Virus record (IMG/VR): IMGVR_UViG_3300026196_000022
Span: 1 to 27,506 of that record
Length of the DNA: 27,506 nt
Source of the DNA: a virus
Lineage: Duplodnaviria; Caudoviricetes
Direction: 5' to 3' (one strand)
The stretch's first letter is position 1, and each line of letters starts with the position of its first letter. Positions 1-8,752 of this stretch are shown here, piece by piece. Below the pieces are notes generated by a model. That model was given only the letters and a program-made list of their open reading frames with translations. It ran no database searches and had not been told where the DNA came from. Position numbers and translations under genes: made by a program.

Positions 1-385
1 CGCGGCGAACGAGAAGCTCATCGAATTTCGGCTTCAGATCGTCGGGGACTTCAGAGAAGAACTCCCGCGCCGCATCATCGTAATTCTGACGGAACCCTTG
101 CGTAAACCCTTGAGCATCCGGTGGCGCCGATTGCTTCAGATCTTCAAGCGCTTTATCCTGCGCGAGATCGAAATCGATGAAGCGCTTCGTCGTCTCGTAG
201 TCTTTCGCCTGCTTGTCGCGCTCGCCCATCTGAGCGCCAAACCGGCCGATGGCGTCGCCAGCATCAGCCAAGGCGCGCGCTGGTTCAAGCAGGCTTGCTC
301 TCTGATTCTTGTCAATCGTCGCCGGAGCGCGGGCGGATGATATCGAGACGGTGCCGAGATTTTCGGCTGTGGGGATGCGAGCCAT
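1..385 (-). CDS. Internal virion (ejectosome) protein, T7 gp15-position; 5' part only, runs off the window
   Basis: Not in the ORF track. ATG at 385 opens MARIPTAENLGTVSISSARAPATIDKNQRASLLEPARALADAGDAIGRFGAQMGERDKQAKDYETTKRFIDFDLAQ... with no stop before base 1. It starts 4 nt after the gp14-like gene. Function is assigned from synteny. Confidence 0.7.
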   Translation of the reverse strand, partial: MARIPTAENLGTVSISSARAPATIDKNQRASLLEPARALADAGDAIGRFGAQMGERDKQAKDYETTKRFIDFDLAQDKALEDLKQSAPPDAQGFTQGFRQNYDDAAREFFSEVPDDLKPKFDELLVRR

Positions 386-389
386 AAGG

Positions 390-890
390 TCAGCCGTACC
401 TAAAGCTGGATGAAGACGCGCTGCCGAATGGATCGCCGCCACCGCCCCATGACCCGGCCACCTTGGATGCCCCGGTGAGAACGGTTGCACCGATTTTCAG
501 CGGCAACGCCTTGCGTTTCTGTTTCGCGGCAAAGCGTTCGAGACTGGCCTGATCGTCAAGACCGCGCGCTTTCTGCTCGCCTTGCCAGAGTTCGAGTTCG
601 GCGTTGTATTCGCCTTGCCCCGCTGTACTCCCGATGACTTCGGACGCGGAGCCGCCCGTCCCGCCGCCGGATGCTGCATAAGCTGCCTGCTGCTGGCTAA
701 TCAGACTCTTGGTTTTCTTGCGCTGTTCCTCGGCCTGATGCTGGGATACGGCGCGATCTTCATTCGCACGGCGCTCCATCGCTTTCGCATTGGCTTCCGC
801 AATGGCGGATTCCGTGTTGGATGCGGCGATTTCGCTGACGGCAGTCGCGGCCGTTGCAGCCATGAGGAAGAAGGGTTCAAGTCCGGTCAT
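390..890 (-). CDS. Internal virion protein, T7 gp14-like
   Basis: 166 aa with an Ala-rich hydrophobic N-terminus, a helical Q/A/E-rich middle, QQQAAYAASGG and a Gly/Ser-rich C-terminus. This is typical of podoviral ejection proteins at this position. Confidence 0.7.
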   Translation of the reverse strand: MTGLEPFFLMAATAATAVSEIAASNTESAIAEANAKAMERRANEDRAVSQHQAEEQRKKTKSLISQQQAAYAASGGGTGGSASEVIGSTAGQGEYNAELELWQGEQKARGLDDQASLERFAAKQKRKALPLKIGATVLTGASKVAGSWGGGGDPFGSASSSSFRYG

Positions 891-904
891 GGATTATCTG
901 ATGC

Positions 905-933
905 TTGCTTTCATGGGGAGAGGTTTGTAAGGT
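905..933 (+). promoter_or_regulatory. Putative sigma70 promoter for the antisense ORF at 962
   Basis: TTGCTT (905-910), 17-nt spacer, TAAGGT (928-933). Confidence 0.4.
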
Positions 934-961
934 TGTTCAGGGCAGAGTAAGTGAGTTCGGA

Positions 962-1177
962 ATGACCACAATTGATCTAACGGCTGAAAATCTTCAGTAT
1001 CAGAACGAGCTGCTCTGGCAGTTGGCGCTGCGGCTCGGCTGCGATGGTCGCGCTCTGGATGCTCTAATCTCGAAATACGCCAGCCGCGCCAGCCATAATG
1101 AGGCCAAGCGCGCTGAGATGCTCAACGCCATGCTTGACGATAAGGCTATGGAATTGCTTGGGCTTTGTGACGAATAA
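962..1177 (+). CDS. Small hypothetical protein (71 aa), moron-like, antisense to the structural operon
   Basis: ATG at 962 gives MTTIDLTAENLQYQNELLWQLALRLG...LGLCDE. It fills an otherwise empty gap, and its TAA (1175-1177) abuts the tail fibre stop (1178-1180). Confidence 0.6.
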   Translation: MTTIDLTAENLQYQNELLWQLALRLGCDGRALDALISKYASRASHNEAKRAEMLNAMLDDKAMELLGLCDE

Positions 1178-3007
1178 TCAGATCGCATTCACAGCATCAG
1201 TCCAACCCGTGCACGCCATCAAGCCGCCAGCCCCGCTACTCGCATAATAGACGTTGGTGGATTCGAGCACCCAATCGAAAGGAAAGAACATTACGCCGTT
1301 ATTGGCAAACGCTAGAGAAATGGGCGGAGGATTTGATGTCGAACCCTGCGCGCCATAGTCATTGTTCGGCGCAACTATCAGATTAGTGCCGCTTGCTGCG
1401 AAACCGGCGAATCCTTGTATTCTTACAGCCGTGGGAGGAACATAATTGCCAGTCGCCACGGCTGTCCACGTCGGCACGGATGGATCGCCAGACGCACCCG
1501 TAGTCATCTGAGGAACATTCGGCGTCGTCGAACTTGTAACAACGACATACTGCGCTCGGTTTCCCACCTGCTTGATGCGGATGAACGTCGCGCTGCCGCC
1601 GGTCCTGATCGCCCCGACGCGATAGCTGAACGTATATCCGCTCGGCAGGGTCGGTGCGGTGGCAGAGAGGCTGGCGAGTCCTGCCACTGTATCCGTCGTT
1701 GGATTGTAGATTATGAAGAAGTTGTACCAGGCATTGTTGCCGAGAGACCCCGTATCAAGGCCGTTCGCGCCATTGCCAGCACAGGCGACGGTGAGATTAA
1801 CAGCTCCGGTTCGGATGGCGTTGCCGCTGGCGTCCAGTATCAGGGCGTCATTGGCGTCGATATCGATGCTGGTCGTCGGCGTCCCGGAACTGTTGGTGAT
1901 GACGAGACCATTGACCTGCGGGATGGCTGCGCCAAGCACGATCTGAACGCCCGCCGAAGTTCTGTAAGCGGGCTTTGTCACCCCGCCATCGTCGATGGGA
2001 TAGAGCCTGACCGTATCGGCGGGCGGATCGGATGGCGTTGATGTTTCGCGCAGGTCCAGATAGCCGGACAGCCCGGCGGAATGGAGCGGCCGCCAGCGGG
2101 AAGACGTATTGTCGTATTGAAATGCAACCGTCATGCCCGGCGCGATGAGGACCGGACCGCTTGACCCGACTGCAAACCTGTTCGCCGCCGTGGAACTCGC
2201 GTCCTCATTCGGGATCAGGAGTGCATTCGATCCGACATTGGCGAGCATGACGATGCGCCCGACTGTACCGCCTGCAAGTCCGGTGATGCTCCATGTGGCG
2301 TCGCTGGTCAGGCGGAACAGGAATGCGGATGCGTGATCCGTCGGGGCGTAATCGTCCTGATCGGCGTCGATTTCCGCAGGCGTGATAGCGTTCGTTACGC
2401 GGAGGACGGAGAGCGGATCGGGTGAAGCCGCCAGCAGCGTCCTTGCTGCCGCTGCATCCGCTGCCTGAATCACAGATTGCATGAAGGCAGAGACAAGCGT
2501 CACGATACTGACATCGGCGGGGAGGACATTGACAAGCGCATTCGCCGCCGCGTTCCAGCCGATGAGATTGGATGCGGCTGGCGCCGGAAGCTCGTTCGAT
2601 ATCTCGCTTTCCGCAAACACCGACAGCTTGAACGCCCGGTCGATGGCGTCCTGCATTTCCTGGATTTGCTCAACAGAGATGTTGCCGAGATCCTCGACAT
2701 CGGAGGAGGCCAGATCGCCGCCGGTGAGCAGCGCCACTTCCTGCGCTTTCGGCTGTTCGCGCCAGATCGCCCATTTGTAGCCTGACGGAAGATTGCCAGC
2801 GATACGGCTGATCGTGCCGATGCCGAAAGTGTAATCGACGCCTTCAACCATGTCGGATTCCGCATCCGTCGCCTCGATAAGCTGACGGACACGGATATGC
2901 GAGGAATCCCGATAGGTGAGCGGTACGCCATCCACGGTCAAGGCGATCGACGACGTATTGCCGTCGCCTTCCCAGATCAGGCGTGGTTTGAGATTAAGGA
3001 CGGTCAT
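1178..3007 (-). CDS. Tail fibre / receptor-binding protein with T7 gp17-like N-terminal adaptor
   Basis: The N-terminus (EGDGNTSS...EGVDYT...IWREQP...EQIQEMQDAIDRAFKL...LPAPAASNLIGWN) fits the podoviral fibre attachment domain. The rest is G/S/T-rich beta-type modules such as GANGLDTGSLGNNAWY...SATAPTLPSGYT. Confidence 0.8.
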   Translation of the reverse strand: MTVLNLKPRLIWEGDGNTSSIALTVDGVPLTYRDSSHIRVRQLIEATDAESDMVEGVDYTFGIGTISRIAGNLPSGYKWAIWREQPKAQEVALLTGGDLASSDVEDLGNISVEQIQEMQDAIDRAFKLSVFAESEISNELPAPAASNLIGWNAAANALVNVLPADVSIVTLVSAFMQSVIQAADAAAARTLLAASPDPLSVLRVTNAITPAEIDADQDDYAPTDHASAFLFRLTSDATWSITGLAGGTVGRIVMLANVGSNALLIPNEDASSTAANRFAVGSSGPVLIAPGMTVAFQYDNTSSRWRPLHSAGLSGYLDLRETSTPSDPPADTVRLYPIDDGGVTKPAYRTSAGVQIVLGAAIPQVNGLVITNSSGTPTTSIDIDANDALILDASGNAIRTGAVNLTVACAGNGANGLDTGSLGNNAWYNFFIIYNPTTDTVAGLASLSATAPTLPSGYTFSYRVGAIRTGGSATFIRIKQVGNRAQYVVVTSSTTPNVPQMTTGASGDPSVPTWTAVATGNYVPPTAVRIQGFAGFAASGTNLIVAPNNDYGAQGSTSNPPPISLAFANNGVMFFPFDWVLESTNVYYASSGAGGLMACTGWTDAVNAI

Positions 3008-3408
3008 GCGGCGTTGATAATCCAGGCTGTGCTGTGCGATTGCTGTTCAAGCTGCACGATGCTATTGTCCTTTTCGGTATCGGTGAGCGGGCGGAAGCCA
3101 AGCGCGGTGAGCCATTCGCGGGCGCGGGGCCGGGCGTCTTCACAAAGTGCGTAGATGGTCTTGATCCCGGTGGAGGCGATGACGACTCTCAGCGACCGGA
3201 CAACGAGCCGGTGCAGGAACATCGGGCGGCGTAACCCTTCGTCAGCAAGATGGAAGAACACCCAGTGCCGCCTTTCAAAAAGATGGATACCGCCATACCC
3301 AGCCACCTTGCCATCCCGCTCCACCGTCATGCCGATCGCAACCGCATCAGGCTCAAAGCCCAGAGACGCTGCGGCATCCGCTGTTTCAAAGGGACGGAAC
3401 CGGTACAT
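3004..3408 (-). CDS. T7 gp13-position protein, GNAT-like fold
   Basis: 134 aa directly after tail tubular protein B, with DGKVAGYGGI and AREWLTALGF (WLxxLGF). ATGA overlap with the fibre gene. Confidence 0.65.
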   Translation of the reverse strand: MYRFRPFETADAAASLGFEPDAVAIGMTVERDGKVAGYGGIHLFERRHWVFFHLADEGLRRPMFLHRLVVRSLRVVIASTGIKTIYALCEDARPRAREWLTALGFRPLTDTEKDNSIVQLEQQSHSTAWIINAA

Positions 3409-6080
3409 CAGTTGGAGCCGATCCGCTCGTCGAGATCATGCGCCAGCACCAGCCCCTGTATCGTGACAGGGAACGGTGCCGGAACCTTGAGGCAAAGCCG
3501 GGGATCGCGGGTATGGCTGCCGGGGATCGCCATGAACTCTGTCGTCTCATCGACGAGGCCCGGCCCGGTGTCGAAGGTCGTGTCGTTCGAACGGTCGTCA
3601 AGCTGGTCCATCTCGTCGAAATTCTTGCCGTACTGGATCAGGCGCGTGGAGCCGGTCAGCAGGAACGCGATATGCGTGGCCGCGCCTCTCAGCCCGAGTG
3701 CGGTCCCGGCGCGCGCGCCAAACGCCAGCTTTGATGACTGGTAGCGCCCCTCGTAATACAGGCCGGCTGCACGCTTTGTCTTTGCCGACGGGAATGTGAC
3801 TTCACCACCGTCTACCGTTGCGGTTCCCATATAGGCTCCATCGCCCCAGAGTATGACTTCGCGGCCCTCAAGATGATCCAGCCCGGAAAGCGTCGTGGAT
3901 GATCCGCTTTCATCGCGCACATAGCAATCCAGCATGTTCGCATCGGTTACATCGTCAAGATAGAATGGCTCAAGCTTTTCGAGATAGCGGACATCGTTGC
4001 CGTCCACTTCGCGCTTGACCATGAAGTACACCTGATCTTCACCGGTATCAGCCAGTCCGGGCAGCACAGCAACAGACTCGATTTCGCCATCCGTCACCAT
4101 CCGCGCCCAGCCCATGCCGTCGGCAGCTTCATAGAGTTTGACGAGGCAGACGCCATCGGAGCGCACCATATAGGCCCGTGTGTCGGGTTGACGCGCCGCC
4201 GCAAGCTGGACGACGCCGGGGCGACCAAGGTTCTTGTGGAACCGCATCAGGGACCTGGGAACATAGTTCTGACGCTCCGGAACATGGACTAGTTCCATCA
4301 CGCGCCAGCCGGAGCGCTCGACGAACAGGGCCTGCATGTCCAGCCTGATCGGTTCGACATCGGCGGAACCGAACGTGCCGACCTCACGCAAGGTCAGATT
4401 GGATGGCGTAACAGGCTCATCGAATGCATTGGAGCGCACCATCGGCTCCGCGCCTTCGGTGCCGATCGCCAAGCGCTCCATGCCGACCATCCACTGGATG
4501 GCGTTGGCGTCGCCGGCGTCAATCTCGCGAGCGATGGCGTCGGCTGCCTCATCGCCAAGCGCGTAGCTTTCATAAGCGCCGGAGACCGACCCCCAATATT
4601 CATCATCACGGCCTTCCCATTTGCGCCCATCAAACAGCGCGACGGCCTTGGGATACCCGTGAACGTCGGACCATGCGCCTTCCGCCCACTCCGATGAACC
4701 GGTCGTGTCGCCAAAAGGCTCGATGACTTCGATGTCAACTTCTGTGGACGACGTGAAGGCGGTAGCACGGGCAATCCCGATCGTGGACCCGCCCGAATAG
4801 GTAAGCTCACCGGTGATTGTGCCGGATGAATAATCCCCCGACTTGACGCCGAGGCGGTAGAACACGATCTGATTGTCGAGACCATCATCAACATTGAACG
4901 TGCCGTCACTTGTCTTGGTCTGGTAATCGGTGAAGGATGTCTCATTGCCGATGGAGCGCTGCAATGTCACAGTCGTCGATGTGCTGGTAAGATTGGTCAG
5001 TTCGTAGGAAAATGCGCGGTCATTTTCGACGCCGGTCACCCGAATTGCTTCGGAAAACTGGTTTTCCGTCGTGAAGGTCTCAACTACATTTTGGCCGGTA
5101 TGAGTGACTTCCCAGATCGACCCGACATGGCCTGATTGGAACAATGCGCGATTTGCCGTCAGCGTGCCATTTCCGGTTTTCACCGATGGCGTCAGCGTGA
5201 ACCCGCTGTCGAAGTTCGGGAGCAGGAACGGTCCGTCATTTTCGGTGCCGTCAACCAGACCCCATGATGTCAGCCCTTGCCGTTCGAGGCGCTTCTTGAC
5301 GCCAAGTCCGGAATTGATCCATGTGACATCACGCTTGCGCGCTTTGCGCAGGGAGCGGAGAACGGATTCGCCCCACGGGGTCGGCAGCACCATGTCGCCA
5401 GCGGACGCCACTTCGATGCTATCCACGCGCCGGATCACGTCCTCACGGGAGAAGACTTCGATCCAGTAAGAGCCGGACGGCGTGAACGATAGCGAATAGT
5501 AACCGGTGCGCAGAGTGCGCGTCGATATGTAGTCATCATCGCCAGATGACGACCCGACACGGAATTCGACCGGGCCGCGATCGACCGTGATGTTGAGCGC
5601 GTGCACAACCCCGGTGCTGCTTGTCGAGACTTGCTGACGGACACCCGCGATCGACGACCCATCCGATGTCAGCTCAAGTGCGTCATCAACCTCTGATGCA
5701 GCACCGCCGCCTGCGGATATGTCCGTCCAGCCGGAGAGAGATCCGGTAAACCCGCCATTGGTGACGGCGGACGTAACCGCAGGCCGCGAGATAATGCCGT
5801 CATTGGCGACGATCCGCATCTCCATATCCGTCAGCATCAGCAGGTTCGACTGCGCCACGGAAAACACGAATGGCAGGAGCAGCGCGAAATCATTATCCGG
5901 CGAATCCACGAGGAATTTCATGCCTGGACGCAGGAAGAAAGGCCCCTCCGGCAACGGCCAGAGATTTTGCATGAGCGCCGAAGTTGATGTATACCCTTCG
6001 AGGTGAACGCGGCCCTGGACTTCCGGGCCGATTTCGCCCCCATTCGCGCTAACTGTTGCCGAATTTAGCTTCGATCCCAC
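3408..6080 (-). CDS. Tail tubular protein B / nozzle (T7 gp12-like)
   Basis: 890 aa with NGGEIGPEVQGRVHL, NLWPLPEGPFFLRPG, LLPFVFSVAQS, AWSDVHGYP, IGTEGAE and GWAR motifs. It follows tail tubular protein A. Confidence 0.85.
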   Translation of the reverse strand: MGSKLNSATVSANGGEIGPEVQGRVHLEGYTSTSALMQNLWPLPEGPFFLRPGMKFLVDSPDNDFALLLPFVFSVAQSNLLMLTDMEMRIVANDGIISRPAVTSAVTNGGFTGSLSGWTDISAGGGAASEVDDALELTSDGSSIAGVRQQVSTSSTGVVHALNITVDRGPVEFRVGSSSGDDDYISTRTLRTGYYSLSFTPSGSYWIEVFSREDVIRRVDSIEVASAGDMVLPTPWGESVLRSLRKARKRDVTWINSGLGVKKRLERQGLTSWGLVDGTENDGPFLLPNFDSGFTLTPSVKTGNGTLTANRALFQSGHVGSIWEVTHTGQNVVETFTTENQFSEAIRVTGVENDRAFSYELTNLTSTSTTVTLQRSIGNETSFTDYQTKTSDGTFNVDDGLDNQIVFYRLGVKSGDYSSGTITGELTYSGGSTIGIARATAFTSSTEVDIEVIEPFGDTTGSSEWAEGAWSDVHGYPKAVALFDGRKWEGRDDEYWGSVSGAYESYALGDEAADAIAREIDAGDANAIQWMVGMERLAIGTEGAEPMVRSNAFDEPVTPSNLTLREVGTFGSADVEPIRLDMQALFVERSGWRVMELVHVPERQNYVPRSLMRFHKNLGRPGVVQLAAARQPDTRAYMVRSDGVCLVKLYEAADGMGWARMVTDGEIESVAVLPGLADTGEDQVYFMVKREVDGNDVRYLEKLEPFYLDDVTDANMLDCYVRDESGSSTTLSGLDHLEGREVILWGDGAYMGTATVDGGEVTFPSAKTKRAAGLYYEGRYQSSKLAFGARAGTALGLRGAATHIAFLLTGSTRLIQYGKNFDEMDQLDDRSNDTTFDTGPGLVDETTEFMAIPGSHTRDPRLCLKVPAPFPVTIQGLVLAHDLDERIGSN

Positions 6081-6097
6081 GGTTCAAGCGCTCCGCA

Positions 6098-6724
6098 TCA
6101 GTTGAAGGAACTCGTCGGGCCGCCATCGATCGTGCCACGCCGTCCGGTGCGTGCCGCCTGCACCCATTGCCCTGGCTTGCGGAATGTCGGCGGGTTCTGA
6201 ACGGCATCGACGCCGACCGCATCGCTCTTGGCTTCCTTCAACTCCTTCTTGGCGCGCTCTTCCGCGGAGGAGTTCAGCTTCAGAGAACGGAAAGCCAGTT
6301 CAGCGGAAACGTAGCGGGCGAAGTTCGATGACCACCGGCCCGGATAACTGATTGCCGTGGATGAGACATATTTGAGATACAGCGTTTCCGCGTCGGTTGC
6401 GATCTTGCCCTTTTCGATCTTGTAATTCAGAAGATCGTCGCCCTCTATGCCGGTTTCGGACACGAACGTCACCCGCAGACAATCGGTCGGCAGTCCGTAA
6501 TAATAGCTGAAGCCGAATGCTGGCGCGGGCGTGACGCGGGCGAGCTGGGCGCGTTCTTCGGCAAAGTCCCAATCGGCGCGCTCAAGGCACGCTTCGACTG
6601 CCGGAACCCAATTCGCGTTGAGCACGCGCGAGCGCTCGTTCGACGGCGACGGATCGGGATTGTCCAGGACGCCCTGGGTCAGGATCAGCAAAGCGTCGTT
6701 GAATACGCCGAGTTTCGTTGCCAA
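6098..6724 (-). CDS. Tail tubular protein A / adaptor (T7 gp11-like)
   Basis: TTG start with GAGG upstream. Motifs FNDALLIL, WDFAEERAQL, FGFSYYYGLPTDCLRV and FARYVSAELA. Confidence 0.85.
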   Translation of the reverse strand: MATKLGVFNDALLILTQGVLDNPDPSPSNERSRVLNANWVPAVEACLERADWDFAEERAQLARVTPAPAFGFSYYYGLPTDCLRVTFVSETGIEGDDLLNYKIEKGKIATDAETLYLKYVSSTAISYPGRWSSNFARYVSAELAFRSLKLNSSAEERAKKELKEAKSDAVGVDAVQNPPTFRKPGQWVQAARTGRRGTIDGGPTSSFN

Positions 6725-7323
6725 TTAAGGATTTCCTCTGGGTCAATGATCGGGAAACAGGACAGAGCAGAACCGGGCGAAGCGTTAAGCACGCGAATGC
6801 CGTCCTTCGCCAATTCGGGCGCCATCGCCTCAAAAAACGGAATGTATTTCTTCTCGTAGCGGTCGGGCCGCGTCGTCTTCTTGTGCTCGCTGTGCCAGTT
6901 GCCGACCGGCTTCATATCGAAGCCGAGCAGGACGATCGGGTCAGCGCCATGCAGATAGGCCAGGTTCAGCGCATTGGAACCGGAACACCAGCCCGCGAGA
7001 TGTCCGGGATCGCGTGACAGCCGATACCCGCCCATATGCGCGATGCGCCGGATCTTGCGCTTGCACCGGATATGCGGCAGATCATTCCGCGTCAGCAGCA
7101 GCGGACCAGTGTAATTATGCAGATCGCGCCGGTTCCACTCGAAGAAGTTGAGATCCGCGAAATAGCAGATGTCAGCTTCCGGGTGCAGCTTGTATGCGGT
7201 ATTGATCGCGATGACGCGGCCGCGCTTGATGAACTCCGGCACCATCTCGACCGGCAGCGACGGGCCACCGCCGAGGATGAAGCAGGCCTCGCCCTTCCAT
7301 GCGCCAGTCGGAACGGACCACAT
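6685..7323 (-). CDS. CstII/Maf (DUF115)-like putative nonulosonate or other sugar transferase
   Basis: Start reassigned to ATG 7323, 2 nt after the upstream stop. Motifs CFILGGGPSL, VIAIN and SGSNALNLAYLHGADPIVLLGFDM parallel the CstII (GT42) and Maf motifs GNGPSL...SG...A..LG...IYL.G.D. Confidence 0.65.
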   Translation of the reverse strand: MWSVPTGAWKGEACFILGGGPSLPVEMVPEFIKRGRVIAINTAYKLHPEADICYFADLNFFEWNRRDLHNYTGPLLLTRNDLPHIRCKRKIRRIAHMGGYRLSRDPGHLAGWCSGSNALNLAYLHGADPIVLLGFDMKPVGNWHSEHKKTTRPDRYEKKYIPFFEAMAPELAKDGIRVLNASPGSALSCFPIIDPEEILNWQRNSAYSTTLC

Positions 7324-7325
7324 CT

Positions 7326-8126
7326 CTAGGACTGGCACAGTCCGGTTGCTTCTGCGGCGAAGCCGGAGGCGATTTCCGGCATGCTGAACTGCTTCCAGGC
7401 TATCGCATGCGCCCATTCTGTGCGATCCGGCGTAATGACTTCGCCCGGTGTATGCGCCGTTACCGGCCATGCCATCGAGCCATCATTGCAGGACACAGCA
7501 GGCACGCCGCTCAGGACGCCCTCAACACCTGTATTGCTGTTCCACGTCACCACAAGGCCAGTGCCGTCCAGCGCCTCCTGAAGGCTTCCCTTGAGCTTCT
7601 GGACGCCTTCAACCTTTGTCCGCTCCGCGCGCTGTTCCTCGCCGGGATGCGGGCGGAAGAAAACCTCCCATCCCTGTTCCCGCAGAGTTGCCGCCGTGCG
7701 CTTGTACCATTTCATGATATCGACCCCGGCGAGCGACTTGTCCGTTGCGATCTGACCGATCAGAAGCGCGTAACCGTCCCGCTTGCGCCACGGCTGCATC
7801 AGATGCGAGAACTGCGTTTCCCAGCGGGAACCGTCTTGGAGTGGACCGCGGAATTCAGCCCTGCCGTTCAGCCTGCCCCCGAACGAGACCGAGCAGAATT
7901 TGAACCGGTCGTCGATGTATCCGCGTTCCAGAATGCAAATCTCACCATCTGCCTTGCGCTGCGCCCGGATGCCGTCTTCATCGCGGATGCCCCAGAGTAC
8001 AAGCAAATCGCAGGGCGCGGCGTGCCGCTCGATGCCGACATCTACGCCGTGGCGCTTCAGCCCTTGCGCGAAGGCTTCAATCCAGCGATGCTGGTACTGA
8101 CGGCGGTAGACGCAGATGGCCTTCAT
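7326..8126 (-). CDS. GT-B glycosyltransferase, KpsC/KpsS (capsule synthesis, beta-Kdo transferase)-like
   Basis: Start reassigned to ATG 8126 (ATGA overlap). Motifs ILERGY, LIGQIATDKS (QxxxD), FFRPHP (HP) and VVTWNSNTGVEGVLSGVP. Confidence 0.7.
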   Translation of the reverse strand: MKAICVYRRQYQHRWIEAFAQGLKRHGVDVGIERHAAPCDLLVLWGIRDEDGIRAQRKADGEICILERGYIDDRFKFCSVSFGGRLNGRAEFRGPLQDGSRWETQFSHLMQPWRKRDGYALLIGQIATDKSLAGVDIMKWYKRTAATLREQGWEVFFRPHPGEEQRAERTKVEGVQKLKGSLQEALDGTGLVVTWNSNTGVEGVLSGVPAVSCNDGSMAWPVTAHTPGEVITPDRTEWAHAIAWKQFSMPEIASGFAAEATGLCQS

Positions 8127-8752
8127 GCGGCAGCGCTCCACAGCGTTTCCATCGCGCCGAGAATACGCCGGGCATTCTCTTGCGGTGGCAGACTGGCATC
8201 GATCACCATCACGGGAACATTGCGTTCATCCATGACGGCAAGCGCCTGATTATGGATCTCAAGCGAACGATAGACATCGGCCGATCTGTCGTGCCGACCG
8301 CCCCGCGCCTTGTTGCGCTCTATGATGGCGTCAGCATCCGCGCTCACCATCACGAGCAGATGCGGTGACGGCAGAGCGCGATAGTATTCGTCGAGCGTGA
8401 CATCACAATCAAGGCGCGCTATGCCTTGCGCGCGCTGGACAAGCCCGCCATCAACAACCATGACGCCGCCTGATGCATCGGATCTGTTCATCACGACCTT
8501 GGCGAGCGAGCGAAATGTATGCCCTCTTCTTGCCCTGAGCATCGGCCCGCGCGCGCTATCGAACAGGCGTCCGAGCAATCCCGAAAACTCATTGATGTCC
8601 CGGTACTGCTTTGCACCGCCGGCGACGATCTGCCGGGATCGGGAAAAGCTCGGCTTCGGGTTCGGGACGAATCTGCCTGCGCCTTCCGTAAGCATGGCCC
8701 GGTAGATCGTGGATTTGCCCGCGCCGGAGACACCGCATAATTCGACGATCAT
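8123..8752 (-). CDS. P-loop kinase (NMP-kinase-like fold)
   Basis: Start reassigned to ATG 8752 (ATGA overlap). N-terminal Walker A IVELCGVSGAGKST, VMVVDGG, lid ERNKARG and C-terminal VIDASLP. Confidence 0.75.
   Translation of the reverse strand: MIVELCGVSGAGKSTIYRAMLTEGAGRFVPNPKPSFSRSRQIVAGGAKQYRDINEFSGLLGRLFDSARGPMLRARRGHTFRSLAKVVMNRSDASGGVMVVDGGLVQRAQGIARLDCDVTLDEYYRALPSPHLLVMVSADADAIIERNKARGGRHDRSADVYRSLEIHNQALAVMDERNVPVMVIDASLPPQENARRILGAMETLWSAAA

Noticed and set aside
1178-1600. DGR variable repeat in the fibre tip (BPP-1-like phage)
   Set aside because: No template repeat, reverse transcriptase or C-type lectin-like ending is visible in the window.
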